Positions 29,599 to 39,970 of a stretch of 64,000 nt of DNA are shown here, piece by piece. A program made the translations under genes and the position numbers. Location of the stretch: positions 2,176,001-2,240,000 of the forward strand of contig OY969695.1 of the NCBI GenBank assembly GCA_963701965.1. The letters run 5' to 3'. The notes beneath the pieces are model-generated. The model made no database searches and was not told where the DNA came from. It was given only the letters and a program-made list of their open reading frames with translations. Each line of letters begins with the position of its first letter. Position 1 is the stretch's first letter. The stretch is from an uncultured Gemmatimonadales bacterium. GTDB lineage: Bacteria > Gemmatimonadota > Gemmatimonadetes > Gemmatimonadales > Gemmatimonadaceae.

Positions 29599-30651
29599 AT
29601 GCGTGACATCCACTGGATTCGCTCGGCGTTGCTCATCGTGGGGCTCCTCGCCCCACCGATGGTTGTAACGGCACAAGTCTCGGTCTCGATCACGGTCGGT
29701 CCACCCGCACTGCCGGAGTACGAGCAACCCCCGATGCCCGCGGAAGGGTACTTGTGGGCGCCCGGTTACTGGGCATACGGCGACGGCGGTTACTACTGGG
29801 TACCCGGTACGTGGGTACTCGTGCCGCAGCCCGGGTTGCTGTGGACGCCGGGTTACTGGGAAAACACCGGCGGTAACTTCGTCTGGCACGATGGGTATTG
29901 GGCATCGCACGTCGGCTACTACGGCGGCATCAACTACGGATACGGCTACGGCGGCGGCGGATATGAGGGCGGGTATTGGAATAACGGCGCGCTGTATTAC
30001 AACCGTTCGGTGAACAACATCAGCAACACCACGAATGTCACCAACGTCTACAACAAGACCGTCATCGTCAACAACACCACCGTCACGCACGTGAGTTACA
30101 ACGGCGGTCAAGGCGGTACGACGGCGCGGCCGAGTGCCGAGGAACTGGCGGCGAATCGTGAACACCACATGGGGCCGACGTCCGAGCAAACGCAGCATCG
30201 GCAAGCGGCCAGTTCCGACCGTGCGCAATTCGCATCCGCGAATCACGGCCGGCCCGCGGTGGTCGCGACGCCGAAACCCGGGGAGATGAGCGGCCGCGGC
30301 GACAGCCACGGGACGGCTCCCAACCACACGGAGGCGGGCGGCGACGTCTCGACCAAGCCATCGACGCCGGCGCCACCGAAGCCCGATCATCCGCAACCAG
30401 CCGCTCCGGCGCCGCATCCCACTGCTCCACCGCCGTCCAAGCCTGCGCCTCAACCCGAGGCCAAGCCCGAGGCCAAGCCCGAAGCCAAGCCCGAAGCCAA
30501 GCCCGAAGCCAAGCCCGAAGCCAAGCCCGAAGCCAAGCCTGAGACCAAACCCGAGGGGAAGCCAGCGCCTGAACACAAGCCGGAAAACAAGCCGGCGCCT
30601 AAGGACAAGCCGAAACCCGAGGGTCCGCCCAACTCCGTAGAAGCGCGTTAG
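29599..30651 (+). CDS. Secreted YXWGXW-repeat protein with Pro/Glu/Lys-rich tail
   Basis: GAGGAGG RBS; PPALPEYEQP, YLWAPGYW, YYWVPGTW, LWTPGYW, WHDGYW. Confidence 0.9.
   Translation: MRDIHWIRSALLIVGLLAPPMVVTAQVSVSITVGPPALPEYEQPPMPAEGYLWAPGYWAYGDGGYYWVPGTWVLVPQPGLLWTPGYWENTGGNFVWHDGYWASHVGYYGGINYGYGYGGGGYEGGYWNNGALYYNRSVNNISNTTNVTNVYNKTVIVNNTTVTHVSYNGGQGGTTARPSAEELAANREHHMGPTSEQTQHRQAASSDRAQFASANHGRPAVVATPKPGEMSGRGDSHGTAPNHTEAGGDVSTKPSTPAPPKPDHPQPAAPAPHPTAPPPSKPAPQPEAKPEAKPEAKPEAKPEAKPEAKPEAKPETKPEGKPAPEHKPENKPAPKDKPKPEGPPNSVEAR
30454..30561 (+). repeat. 12-bp tandem repeat (PEAK x7 plus 2 degenerate units)
   Basis: CCCGARGCCAAG x7 at 30454-30537, then CCTGAGACCAAA and CCCGAGGGGAAG. Confidence 0.95.
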
Positions 30652-30745
30652 CGCGCTTGCGGCGCCGAGCCGGCCCGGCGAGTTGGCAGAACATGACCCT
30701 TCTCTAGTCATTGCTGCCAACTCGATCGGGCCCTAACGTCGGTGC

Positions 30746-32020
30746 ATGAAACAGATCATCGTGTTGGCGGCGCTCGCTGCCCTCCTCGGCAACGCGCCGA
30801 ACGTCCACGCGCAGGTGACCGCGATCCGGTTCGGCCGCCTGATCGACGCCCAAGGGCAGGTACACCGCGACGCCGTGGTCGTCGTCGAGGGCGACCGCGT
30901 GGTCAAAATCGGCACCGGGGAGGCCGCCATCCCGGCCGGCGCGACCGTCGTGGATCTGGGACGCTACACCGGCCTCCCGGGCCTCATCGACGTGCACACG
31001 CACATGACGTTCTACTGGGACCGCGCCCCGGGCACGCGTCCGTGGACGCAACTGGGCACGCTCGGCCCGGCGGTCACGGTGTTTCTGGCGCAGGAGAACG
31101 CCCGGAAGACCCTGGAGACCGGAGTCACGAGCGTCCGCGATCTGGGATCGTCGGACTACTCCGATCTCGCCATGCGCGATCTCATCAATCGCGGCGCCAT
31201 GGTAGGGCCCCGCATGTTCGTGGCCGGCTATGGCCTGCACGTGAGTACGACGCCCGTGCGACCCGGGGCCAGCGCCACACCGGATCCCGGGACGGCCGAC
31301 GGCGTGGCCGAAGTGCAGCGCGTCGCGCGACAGCAGGTCGCGGCCGGCGTCGACTGGATCAAGATGTACGGGTCCAGTGGCAGTGACAAAGACACGTCCG
31401 GATATCAGACCTTCACCTATGAGGAGATGAAGGCCGCCGCGGACGTCGCCCACCAGGCGGGCAAGCGCATCGCGATCCATTCCTACGGGCCGGACGGCGC
31501 CCGCGCCGCGGTGCGGGCCGGCGCCGAGTCGGTGGAACACGCGACGGACATGGACGATTCGACGCTCACCGAGATGGCGCGGCGGGGCACCGTCTACGTA
31601 CCCACGATCGACCACAATCGCTACTACATCGCCCACAAGGACGAATACGGATACACATCAGCCGACTCGGCCGGCCTCGATGTGTATATGCGCCGCAACA
31701 TGGCCACGTTGCGGCGCGCCCTGCGACTGCACGTCAAAATCGCCATGGGCTCGGACGCGGTCTTCACGGGTTTCGGGGAGAACACGCGGGAGCTCGATCG
31801 GTTCGTGGAAGCCGGCATGACGCCCGCGCAAGCCATCGCGACCGCCACGACAACGGCCGCCGCGCTCCTGGGGAAGGAGAAGGAGCTGGGCGCGATCGCG
31901 CCCGGCTACTACGCCGACATCATTGCCGTGGATGGCGATCCCCTGGCGGATATCGGCGCCCTGACCCACGGCGTCCGCTGGGTCATGAAGGGAGGGCGTG
32001 TCGTCGTCGACAAGCGCTGA
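30746..32020 (+). CDS. Secreted amidohydrolase (Xaa-Pro dipeptidase-like)
   Basis: PGLIDVHTH, DWIK, AIHSYG, VEHA, MGSDA, G.IAPG..ADII.VDGDP. Confidence 0.92.
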   Translation: MKQIIVLAALAALLGNAPNVHAQVTAIRFGRLIDAQGQVHRDAVVVVEGDRVVKIGTGEAAIPAGATVVDLGRYTGLPGLIDVHTHMTFYWDRAPGTRPWTQLGTLGPAVTVFLAQENARKTLETGVTSVRDLGSSDYSDLAMRDLINRGAMVGPRMFVAGYGLHVSTTPVRPGASATPDPGTADGVAEVQRVARQQVAAGVDWIKMYGSSGSDKDTSGYQTFTYEEMKAAADVAHQAGKRIAIHSYGPDGARAAVRAGAESVEHATDMDDSTLTEMARRGTVYVPTIDHNRYYIAHKDEYGYTSADSAGLDVYMRRNMATLRRALRLHVKIAMGSDAVFTGFGENTRELDRFVEAGMTPAQAIATATTTAAALLGKEKELGAIAPGYYADIIAVDGDPLADIGALTHGVRWVMKGGRVVVDKR

Positions 32021-32127
32021 CGCCGACTACAGCGGATTACGCCGCCGGCTATCGAGATGATTTTGCCGTAGGGCGTTTTCGCGATAGATTACGAAATCGT
32101 CATACGCTCGATTCCTGAGAGGATCCC

Positions 32128-32334
32128 ATGGACGCGGTCACGCTCTCGCCCAAGTTTCAGGTGGTGATCCCCCGCCGCGTGCGCGAGGCCCTGAAGTGGC
32201 AGCCGGGCGACAAGCTACAGGCGCTTATTGTCGGTGACGCCGTGCAGCTGATCCCGGTGCGCCCGATGCGCGCCATGCGCGGGTTCGCCCGCGGCATTGA
32301 CACGTCGGTCGAGCGCGAGGACGACCGTGCCTAA
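32128..32334 (+). CDS. vapB: AbrB/MazE-type antitoxin
   Basis: VTLSPKFQVVIP..VRE.L...PG; overlaps the PIN gene. Confidence 0.9.
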   Translation: MDAVTLSPKFQVVIPRRVREALKWQPGDKLQALIVGDAVQLIPVRPMRAMRGFARGIDTSVEREDDRA

Positions 32335-32767
32335 GCGCTCGCCCGGCGTGCGCGAGCGGCCGGCGGCGGCCCGGGCTCCCGGTCACAACGTCGTCGACTC
32401 GTCGGCATGGCTCGAATACTTCGCCGACGCGCCCAACGCCGGTCACTTCGCGCCGGCCATCGAGGCAGTGGCCGGTCTCATCGTTCCTTCGATCACGCTC
32501 TACGAGGTGTACAAGCGGCTCGACGAACAGCGCGGCCGTGCGTACGCCCAACGAGGTGTCGCGCAAATGATGCAGGGGGGAGTCGTCGACCTCGACGCCC
32601 ACATCGCCCTCACGGCCGCGCAGACGAGTCGGGCCGAACACTTGCCCATGGCGGACAGCATCATCCTGGCCACATCGCGCCTGCATAAGGCCGAGCTATG
32701 GACGCAGGACGACCACTTCGAGAACACGCCCGGCGTTCGCTACTTTCGGAAGGTCCTCAAGAAGTAG
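32327..32767 (+). CDS. vapC: PIN-domain toxin
   Basis: NVVDSSAWLEYF, LYEV, MADSII.A, LWTQD. Confidence 0.92.
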   Translation: MPKRSPGVRERPAAARAPGHNVVDSSAWLEYFADAPNAGHFAPAIEAVAGLIVPSITLYEVYKRLDEQRGRAYAQRGVAQMMQGGVVDLDAHIALTAAQTSRAEHLPMADSIILATSRLHKAELWTQDDHFENTPGVRYFRKVLKK

Positions 32768-32798
32768 TCGGCGGCCGGGCGACCGGAACCAATTCGAC

Positions 32799-32903
32799 TG
32801 TCGCATCGATGGGACCGGGAGTCCCACAACCGCACACGAGCCGTTGCACATCCGGCCGCAAGTGACTGAACGACAGAGAGTTACACGCGGCACGATCCTG
32901 GCT
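32799..32903 (+). promoter_or_regulatory. sigma54 promoter with activator-like and IHF-like sites
   Basis: CGGCACGATCCTGGCT with GG 32889-32890 and GC 32901-32902; TGTCGCA..TGGGAC and GTCCCA..CGCACAC at 32799-32837; CAAGTGACTGAA...GAGTTA. Confidence 0.68.
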
Positions 32904-32918
32904 TTGGGGGTGGGCCAT

Positions 32919-35363
32919 ATGCGAGATCTCAAGGCCGCTTTCCGCTCTCTGGCCCGCGCCAAGGGCCTGTCGATCACCGTCATCCTCACGCTCGCCCTGG
33001 GGATCGGCGCCAACGCCGCGATCTTCACCCTGGTCCGCGGCGTGCTGCTCCGCCCGCTCGTCAACCGCGATGAGCAGCAGCTGGTCTACATTCACCAGAG
33101 CCAGAGCGGGTTCGGGGACGATAACGCCGAGTTTTCGGTCCCCGAGCTCAAGGACATTGAATCCGGTGTCCACGCGTTCAACGCATACGGCGACTTCTCG
33201 CAGATCGGCTTCGTGTTGGTGGGCCTCGGCGAGCCGCGCGAAGTCCGCGCGGGTGTCGTCGGTGGCTCGTACTTCGATGTCATGGGCCTCCATCCGGTCC
33301 TCGGCCGCCTCATCGGCCCACGCGATGACGGCCCGGCGGCGGCCGGCGTGGTCGTCCTGACGTACCGATTCTGGTCCTCGGTCCTCCATAGCGATCGCGC
33401 CGTGCTCGGCAAGACGGTGCGTCTCGGCAGCGGGGCCCTGGGTACGCGCAACGCCACCATCATTGGCGTCCTCGAGCCGTCGATCCCCTATCCGGCCGAG
33501 ACCGAGATCATCGGGAACATGGTCACGAGCCCGCATCATCTCTCGGCGACGATGGTGACGGGCCGCGTCCACCGCATGACGGAGCTCTTCGGCCGGCTCG
33601 CGCCCGGCGCGACCCTCGAGCAAGCGCGCGCCCAGCTCCAGACCGTGTATGCCGAGATGGTGCGACAACATCCCGAGGCGTATCCCAAGCAAGCCGAGCC
33701 CACCATCAGCGCGGTCCGTCTGCGCGACCAGATCACTGTCCGCGCTCGCCCGGTGCTGCTCGTCCTTCTTGCCGCCTCCGGCCTGGTGTTCATCATCGCG
33801 TGCTCGAACGTGGCGAACCTGCTGCTCGCCCGCGCGGTACGTCGGGAAAGCGAGCTCGCGGTGCGCGCCGCGCTCGGCGCCAGCGCGCGCACACTCCGCC
33901 GCGCCCTGCTGGCCGAAAGCCTGCTGCTGTGTGGGGCCGGGGCACTCCTCGGCGTGCTGACCGCGCGCCCCATGGTCGCGATTCTCGCCCGCTACGCGTC
34001 GCGATTCTCCGTCCGCGCGCTCGATCTCACGGTCGACTCCAGCATGCTCTGGGTCGGCGCCGGACTCGCGATCGTCGCGTCCGTGGTCCTCGCGTTCGTC
34101 CCGCGCCTCCCATCGGCAGGGTTCGGACTGGCGAGTGGCGGCGTGCGCATCACCAGCGGCACGAACCGCCGGCTCCAGCTCTTCGCGGTCACGCAGATCG
34201 CGCTTTCGTTCGTCCTGCTGACCGGCGCCAGCGTGCTCTTGAAGACCCTGCTGGATCTGCAAACCGCCCGCACGGGTCTCGACCTCGCGCACGTGCTGGC
34301 CGTCAACGTCCCGGTGGACGGCTATGGCCGCACACAAGCGCAGGTCGCCGAGTTCTACAAGGAAGCGACTCGGCGCGTAGGCCAACTGCCCGGCGTCGAC
34401 GGCGTCGCGTACGGGAATACGGTGCCCTGGCGTGACGGGGACTTCCGGTTCGGCATGGAGTTCTCAGCCGAGGGACACGCCGCAGCTTCGGCAGAGGACA
34501 AGCCCCGCGCCGAGTATCGCACCATCTCACCGGGATATTTCGCTGCGCTGGGCGTACCGATCCTCGCCGGGCGTGACTTCAATGATCTCGATCGCGACAC
34601 GGTCGACGAGGTCGTGATCATCAGCAAGACCGTCGCCGAGCGGATGTTCCCAGGCCAGGATCCGCTCAATCATCATGTGACGTGGACCGACCCCGTGATC
34701 CAGTTCGGGGGCATCCGACCGACGCCTCGCCGCATCGTCGGCGTCGTGGGCGACATCGACGATTTGCACGTCCTGCCCGGACCCACGCTCACCATCTACC
34801 ATCCCATCGAGCAAGAAGGCATGTTCGGCGGGCGCTTGTTCGTGCACACGCGCGCCAACCCCTACACGCTGGTCAGGCCGATCACCCGCACGATCCGCGA
34901 TCTCTCCGCGGATCAACCGGTCGAGCACGCGGCAACGCTCGCGGATGTGCGCGCCGATGTGCTGTCACCGGACCGCCTGAATTCCCTGGTGTTCGGCGGA
35001 TTCGCCATCGTCGCACTCGCCATCGCGATCGTCGGCGTCGCGGGCGTCCTGGCGTTCTCCGTCAGCGCCCGCACCCGCGAGTTCGGCATCCGTCTCGCCG
35101 TCGGCTCGCAGTCGAGCCGCTTGTTGGCGGGTGTCGTGCGTGAAGGGGCGGTGATGGCCACCGCGGGGATCGTCGCCGGCGCCGCGTTCGGCTATCTCCT
35201 GGCCCGCGTGGCCGGCAGCTACATCCTCGACGTGAAGATGCCGGGCGCGCTCCCCGTCGTCGTCTCGGCGGTGATTCTGCTGGTCGCCGCGATCGCCGCG
35301 TCGGTGCTCCCCGCCGCCCGCGCCGCGCGTGTCGACGTCATCCAAGCGCTCCGCTCGGAGTGA
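32919..35363 (+). CDS. ADOP-family duplicated ABC permease
   Basis: LTLALGIGANAAIF, IACSNVANLLLAR, RTREFGIRLAVG, PAARAARVD. Confidence 0.95.
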   Translation: MRDLKAAFRSLARAKGLSITVILTLALGIGANAAIFTLVRGVLLRPLVNRDEQQLVYIHQSQSGFGDDNAEFSVPELKDIESGVHAFNAYGDFSQIGFVLVGLGEPREVRAGVVGGSYFDVMGLHPVLGRLIGPRDDGPAAAGVVVLTYRFWSSVLHSDRAVLGKTVRLGSGALGTRNATIIGVLEPSIPYPAETEIIGNMVTSPHHLSATMVTGRVHRMTELFGRLAPGATLEQARAQLQTVYAEMVRQHPEAYPKQAEPTISAVRLRDQITVRARPVLLVLLAASGLVFIIACSNVANLLLARAVRRESELAVRAALGASARTLRRALLAESLLLCGAGALLGVLTARPMVAILARYASRFSVRALDLTVDSSMLWVGAGLAIVASVVLAFVPRLPSAGFGLASGGVRITSGTNRRLQLFAVTQIALSFVLLTGASVLLKTLLDLQTARTGLDLAHVLAVNVPVDGYGRTQAQVAEFYKEATRRVGQLPGVDGVAYGNTVPWRDGDFRFGMEFSAEGHAAASAEDKPRAEYRTISPGYFAALGVPILAGRDFNDLDRDTVDEVVIISKTVAERMFPGQDPLNHHVTWTDPVIQFGGIRPTPRRIVGVVGDIDDLHVLPGPTLTIYHPIEQEGMFGGRLFVHTRANPYTLVRPITRTIRDLSADQPVEHAATLADVRADVLSPDRLNSLVFGGFAIVALAIAIVGVAGVLAFSVSARTREFGIRLAVGSQSSRLLAGVVREGAVMATAGIVAGAAFGYLLARVAGSYILDVKMPGALPVVVSAVILLVAAIAASVLPAARAARVDVIQALRSE

Positions 35364-35459
35364 TCGGCTCGAACCCCGGCGAATTGTTTTTCAACGCTCA
35401 TGGATCACGTTAAATCTTCGAAATTGTAGTTAAGGCCGCTCAACACTAGACTGGTCGGC

Positions 35460-36014
35460 ATGCGCCGCTCAGTCCTTTCGGGTCTCGAACTGCTGATAGC
35501 GATGGGCGCCACCTGCGCGCCGCTGTCAGCCCAGACCGATAACCCCACCGCGAATGGTGGGAACAATGCTGATTCATCCACCCAGCAAGCCCCATCGCTC
35601 GTCGGCACATGGATCCTTACGGGAGCCGACAAGCAGTTCCCCGACGGCATGCTGCTCGCCGACTATGGCCCGAGCCCACACGGCCAAGTGATCTTCACGG
35701 CCGACGGGTACTACTCCGTGCAGATCTACCGCGCGGCACGAACGAAGTTCGCATCAGGCGACAAATCCAAGGGCACGCCCGAGGAATACCGGGACGCGAC
35801 GCTCGGCATGAGTGATCACTTCGGCCGGTATAGCGTCGATCCCATCCATCACACGATCACCTTTCACATCGATCGATCATCGTATCCGAATATCAATGAC
35901 ACGTCGCCGGTCCGTCCGTACGAGTTGAAGGGTGACGTGCTGTCCTGGAGAGTCGAGGCAAGACCGGATGGCTCGGTGCCGATTACGACGATGCGCCGCG
36001 CATCGACTCATTGA
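35460..36014 (+). CDS. Lipocalin-like domain protein
   Basis: Signal-like N-terminus; LVGTW.L, G..IFTADGYYSVQI, FGRYSVD. Confidence 0.85.
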   Translation: MRRSVLSGLELLIAMGATCAPLSAQTDNPTANGGNNADSSTQQAPSLVGTWILTGADKQFPDGMLLADYGPSPHGQVIFTADGYYSVQIYRAARTKFASGDKSKGTPEEYRDATLGMSDHFGRYSVDPIHHTITFHIDRSSYPNINDTSPVRPYELKGDVLSWRVEARPDGSVPITTMRRASTH

Positions 36015-36030
36015 CCGTTCGCCACAGGAG

Positions 36031-36654
36031 CTACGCCCTTTTCGCGGCGTGACGCGCGGAGCGCTCGACCAGCGTGGCCTTGACTGCCTGCCACTCGCTA
36101 TCGAGGATCGCAAAGTAGACCATATCGCGCCGCCGTCCGGAGTCGGCGATCAGATGCTGCCGAAAGATCCCTTCCTGGACCGCGCCAAGCCGCGTGATGG
36201 CCGCGCGCGACTGCGCATTGTTGGTCTCGGTCTTGAACACCACCCGGATGGCGCCCAACGTCTCGAAGGCGTGCGTGAGCAGCAGCAGCTTGGCCTCACC
36301 ATTCGCCCCCGTCCGCTGCCACGCCGGTGCGAGCCACGTATATCCGATCTCCAGTCGGCGGTGCTCCGGCGCGATCTCCATGTATCGCGTACTGCCGACG
36401 ACGTGACCGCTCGCCTGATCGACGATGACAAAGGGCTCCGACACGCCGCGCCGGCGCTGCTCGAGGGCCGTCGTCACATAGCGCCGCATGTCATCAACGC
36501 TCGCGATCGGCGCCGGCTGCCACCGCCAGAGCTCAGGCTCCAGCCCAACCCGCGCCAGCGCTTCCACATGTTCGAGCGTCAACGGCTCGAGCCGCACGAC
36601 CGATCCGGTGAGCGTGACCGGCTCAACGCGCACAGACACGCCCAGCGGAATCAA
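36031..36654 (-). CDS. GNAT N-acetyltransferase (RimJ/RimL type)
   Basis: VRLEPL, VVGSTRY, LEIGYTW, EAKLLLLTHAFE, N.QSRAAI.RLGA..EG. Confidence 0.92.
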   Translation of the reverse strand: MIPLGVSVRVEPVTLTGSVVRLEPLTLEHVEALARVGLEPELWRWQPAPIASVDDMRRYVTTALEQRRRGVSEPFVIVDQASGHVVGSTRYMEIAPEHRRLEIGYTWLAPAWQRTGANGEAKLLLLTHAFETLGAIRVVFKTETNNAQSRAAITRLGAVQEGIFRQHLIADSGRRRDMVYFAILDSEWQAVKATLVERSARHAAKRA

Positions 36655-36678
36655 AGAGGCGAACGATCACGCCCCATT

Positions 36679-37586
36679 CTAGCGTCCAACGGGCCGCGTG
36701 GCCACCAGCCGGTCACGGGACGTATGGAGGGTGGCGGGCGCGGGCTTTAGCGCACGGTCGTAGGCCGGCGTCCCCGCCGGATGCGGCCAGAACGCCACGC
36801 CCCATGGCGCTGGGTTGTCGGTCGTCCCGATATACGTCGCAGTTTGGGCGCCGCCGGCGGCGAGTTGCGCCGCGGTCAGGTGGTAGAGACCGCCGCGGAA
36901 TTCGGCGACCCACACCCCGCCGATGGCATCGAACGCGATGTTGTTCAAGCTGAACACGGTGTGCCCGGTCACGTTGATGCTGACCGTGGTCGTGGGCGTG
37001 ACTCCGGTGGCGCTCGCGGCGAGCTGGCTCGCCGCGAATTCGAACAGCGCGTTGCCCTGCTGCGCGACCCACAAATTGCCCGACGCATCGAACGCCGAGT
37101 AGCCAATGTTCGGCGCGTTGGTGAGTTGGAGCGTGATCGACGGATTGACGCTGACGGTTCCTGAGTGTGCGCGCTGCGATGGGTGAACGCGTAGATGCCC
37201 ACAGGGCCGAACAGATCCGTCACCCACAGATTGCCGCTGGCGTCGAACGCGAGGCCCCACGGACTGACCATGACCGGATTGCTCACCGCCGGCCCGATGA
37301 TCAGGTTCGGCGCGGCCGAGCTGGCGCCGTGCATCGCGGCGAGCTGATGGGCGGTGTACTCGCTGATGTCGAGGTGTGTCGCATCGTTGAAAAACAGGTC
37401 GCCATTGGTGTCGAACGTCACGCCCATGATCCGCGGGTTGTTGGGCACCGTGATCGTCAGCGAGGGCGTGAGGTTTCCGCCGGTGAGCAGCGACTCCGCG
37501 TATTCAACGATCGTGCTATTGCCGGCGACCCAGAGGTTGCCGCTCCGATCGACGGCGAGGGCGGTCTGCAGGGGTACGTTCGCCAG
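36679..37586 (-). pseudogene. NHL/Vgb-like beta-propeller remnant, 5'-truncated and frameshifted
   Basis: Repeats AVDRSGNLWV, FDTNGDLF, AFDASGNLWV x2, AFDAIGGVWV; upstream in-frame stop and no start; shift near 37180. Confidence 0.75.
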
Positions 37587-37639
37587 CTAGAGGAACCCGT
37601 CGTCGCCGGCGGTCAGGCGGAGTTTGGGTGGGCGTTCTG

Positions 37640-38050
37640 TCAACGGCCGAGCATGTGCGCGAGGTCCCGCCGTCGCCCCCATACGACGAAGCTCGAAAGG
37701 AGGAGCAGCACCACCGGCGCCGTCGGAGGAACGTGCAAAAAGAAGAGGTGCGCGGTGATGGCGCCGAGCATGATGACGGCGAGCAGCCCAGCCCCGATGC
37801 TCTTGGTCTTCGGCACCACGATCAACACGGCTCCGGTGAGCTCGAGGATGCCCGTTACGTACCGAAACCACTGGCCAATGCCCACGGCGTTGAAGAGCGC
37901 CACCATGGCGGGCGCTCCGATCAACTTCTGAGAGGACGCCCCGAGGAACGCCAGCGCGAGCAACGCCTGCACGCACCACAGGATGACGTTGAGCGCTTTG
38001 CCGGGACCGGTGTCGATGTTGCTCTGATGAGGAGTTGCCGATGCACTCAT
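37640..38050 (-). CDS. DoxX-family membrane protein
   Basis: KL.G...M...F..G.GQWFRYVTG.LE, GAI.AH. Confidence 0.9.
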   Translation of the reverse strand: MSASATPHQSNIDTGPGKALNVILWCVQALLALAFLGASSQKLIGAPAMVALFNAVGIGQWFRYVTGILELTGAVLIVVPKTKSIGAGLLAVIMLGAITAHLFFLHVPPTAPVVLLLLSSFVVWGRRRDLAHMLGR

Positions 38051-38077
38051 GGCTTCGTTCCTTGTGGTTGAATCGTG

Positions 38078-38404
38078 TTACGCGGCGATGGCGGATACCT
38101 TGACCAACGCGGCGGCAACTGCGTGATCAGCAGCCTCTGGTCCGAATGCGACGCCCTCTATAGTGACCAGCTCAATGTCATTGAGACCAATGAACGGAAG
38201 CGCCGCGCGCAGGTACGCTTCTTGGAAGTTGAATTGCTGCATCGGGCCTTCGCTGCAGACGCCGCCCCGGGCCAGGACCAGGTAGATCTTCTTGCCTTTG
38301 ATCAGTCCCTCTGGTCCATTGCTCGAGTAATTGAACGTCAAACGCGGACGCACGATATAGTCGATGTACGCTTTCAGGTTTGACGGAATGCCGAAGTTGA
38401 TCAT
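38078..38404 (-). pseudogene. azoR: C-terminal half of FMN-dependent NADH-azoreductase
   Basis: MINFGIPSNLKAYID..RPRLTF.Y...GPEGL..GKK...ARGG; the N-terminal SSPR/FMN-binding region is absent. Confidence 0.8.
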
Positions 38405-38510
38405 CCCGTACCGGGCCCAACCGTTGCACCCACGATGAACAAAGCCCGCCGGATCGCGGCGGGCACGTGGACCTTGATCTCCTTCGAGCCGGATGGGGGG
38501 GTGGCAGCCG

Positions 38511-39857
38511 TCAGAGCCACCCACCCTGGAAGCCTGCGCGGCGCAGACCTGCGATGATGTAAGGCGAGCGGCGGGTGATATTCCAAATCAACTCCGAGCG
38601 GTAGTTCTCGATCATGAGCGCGACCGGCCCCTGGTCGATCCCGAAGTGATAGGGGGTCACCCACCAGCCAGTGGAGCTGTCCGGCACTCGGTACGTCTGA
38701 TTGTATGATGCTTTGAAGCCGTAGCGCTTCGTCATGCCGAGGTCGAGCCCCGCCATGGCGCGGACGGTCGGGATGACGATCTCCGGAGCGAATGGCAGCG
38801 AGGCGACGGCGACCCAGGGCGCTAGCGTCCCGTCGTCAGGCCCGAAGGGTGCCCCGCGCGCATTGTAATCGTAGAACTGTCGCTGGACGCCGTTTACCAA
38901 CCGGCTCTCCCAGGCGGGGCCATCGGTCGCCGTAATCCCCCAGGCGAATTCGCCGTAGCCGGCGAACTCGAACGGATTGCGGCGCGCGTACTCTTGGTGA
39001 ACGAATGTCGCCTGCCGGCTGTTCTCGAAGTAGTTGCTGTGATGCTCCCGCATGAACGCATCGGCGAGGTCGCGAAAGTCGATCCAAATGTGCGAGAGCT
39101 GGTGCGTGAACAGCGGCCCGGAGTAGAGCAGCTCGCGGCCGTAGATCTCTCTCCATTGGTACGTCGAGCAATAGGCGGCGTAGCTCTCTGGCGGCAGGGG
39201 GCAGGTCGGTGAGCCGAGGGCGAGCAGATAGACGAGCAGCGCCTCATCGTAGCCCATCCAATAGTGGGGAATGAAGCCGCTCTCCGGGCGCCAGCCGTGG
39301 CAGATGGCCGGACCACCGTTCGTGGCCCATTCCCAGTCGGCGCGGCTATACAGCTCGTGGACCAGGCGACGAACCGCGGTTTCCTCCTCGGTATCGGCGT
39401 CGAAGTAGGCGGCACACGTGAGCATTCCGGCAAACAGGAATGCGGAATCGATGGTCGATAGCTCGCACTCCCAGACGCGCTCGCCCGTCTTCATGTCCAG
39501 GAAGTGATAGTAGAAGCCCCGATATCCGGTCGCATTCGACTGCGGTCCCTGCGGGCTGTCGCGGAAGAACCGAAGCCGCTTCAGCGCTAGCTCCGGAGCG
39601 AACTCGCGGGCGACGACGCCGCGTTCGACGAGCACGGGGAGATTGGCCAGCGCGAGACCCGTGGCGGCAATGCTTGCCGGTGCCCCGGGCGCGGTCTTGT
39701 CGCGGACCAGCCCATTGGTCGGGTTGCTCTCGTGGACGTAGTACTGCAGCGTCGTGAGCTGTAGCATGGCCAGCTCTGCATCACTCACTGAGCCACCGGC
39801 CACGTGCCCGGTCGTTCCGCGTTCGGTCGCGTCCATGATGGCCCCTACCCGTGGCAT
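38511..39857 (-). CDS. Glucoamylase-like family protein (GH144-like, putative beta-1,2-glucanase)
   Basis: SIAATG, GFYYHFLD, ELSTID, HGWRPE, YDEA, GPLFTHQ.SH, WGITA.DGP, GIDQGP..MIENYR. Confidence 0.88.
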   Translation of the reverse strand: MPRVGAIMDATERGTTGHVAGGSVSDAELAMLQLTTLQYYVHESNPTNGLVRDKTAPGAPASIAATGLALANLPVLVERGVVAREFAPELALKRLRFFRDSPQGPQSNATGYRGFYYHFLDMKTGERVWECELSTIDSAFLFAGMLTCAAYFDADTEEETAVRRLVHELYSRADWEWATNGGPAICHGWRPESGFIPHYWMGYDEALLVYLLALGSPTCPLPPESYAAYCSTYQWREIYGRELLYSGPLFTHQLSHIWIDFRDLADAFMREHHSNYFENSRQATFVHQEYARRNPFEFAGYGEFAWGITATDGPAWESRLVNGVQRQFYDYNARGAPFGPDDGTLAPWVAVASLPFAPEIVIPTVRAMAGLDLGMTKRYGFKASYNQTYRVPDSSTGWWVTPYHFGIDQGPVALMIENYRSELIWNITRRSPYIIAGLRRAGFQGGWL

Positions 39858-39970
39858 ATCTCGGGCCCTCGGCCACGTGCACGATCACGGCAGGGGTCGT
39901 CGCCGGTGACGACGACCAAAGTACAATAGCAGTGAGCGGACGCTCGCTCCAAGATTGGTAGCGCCAAGAC

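Noticed and set aside
30454..30561. CRISPR array
   Set aside because: The repeats are contiguous 12-mers inside a CDS, with no spacers and no cas genes.
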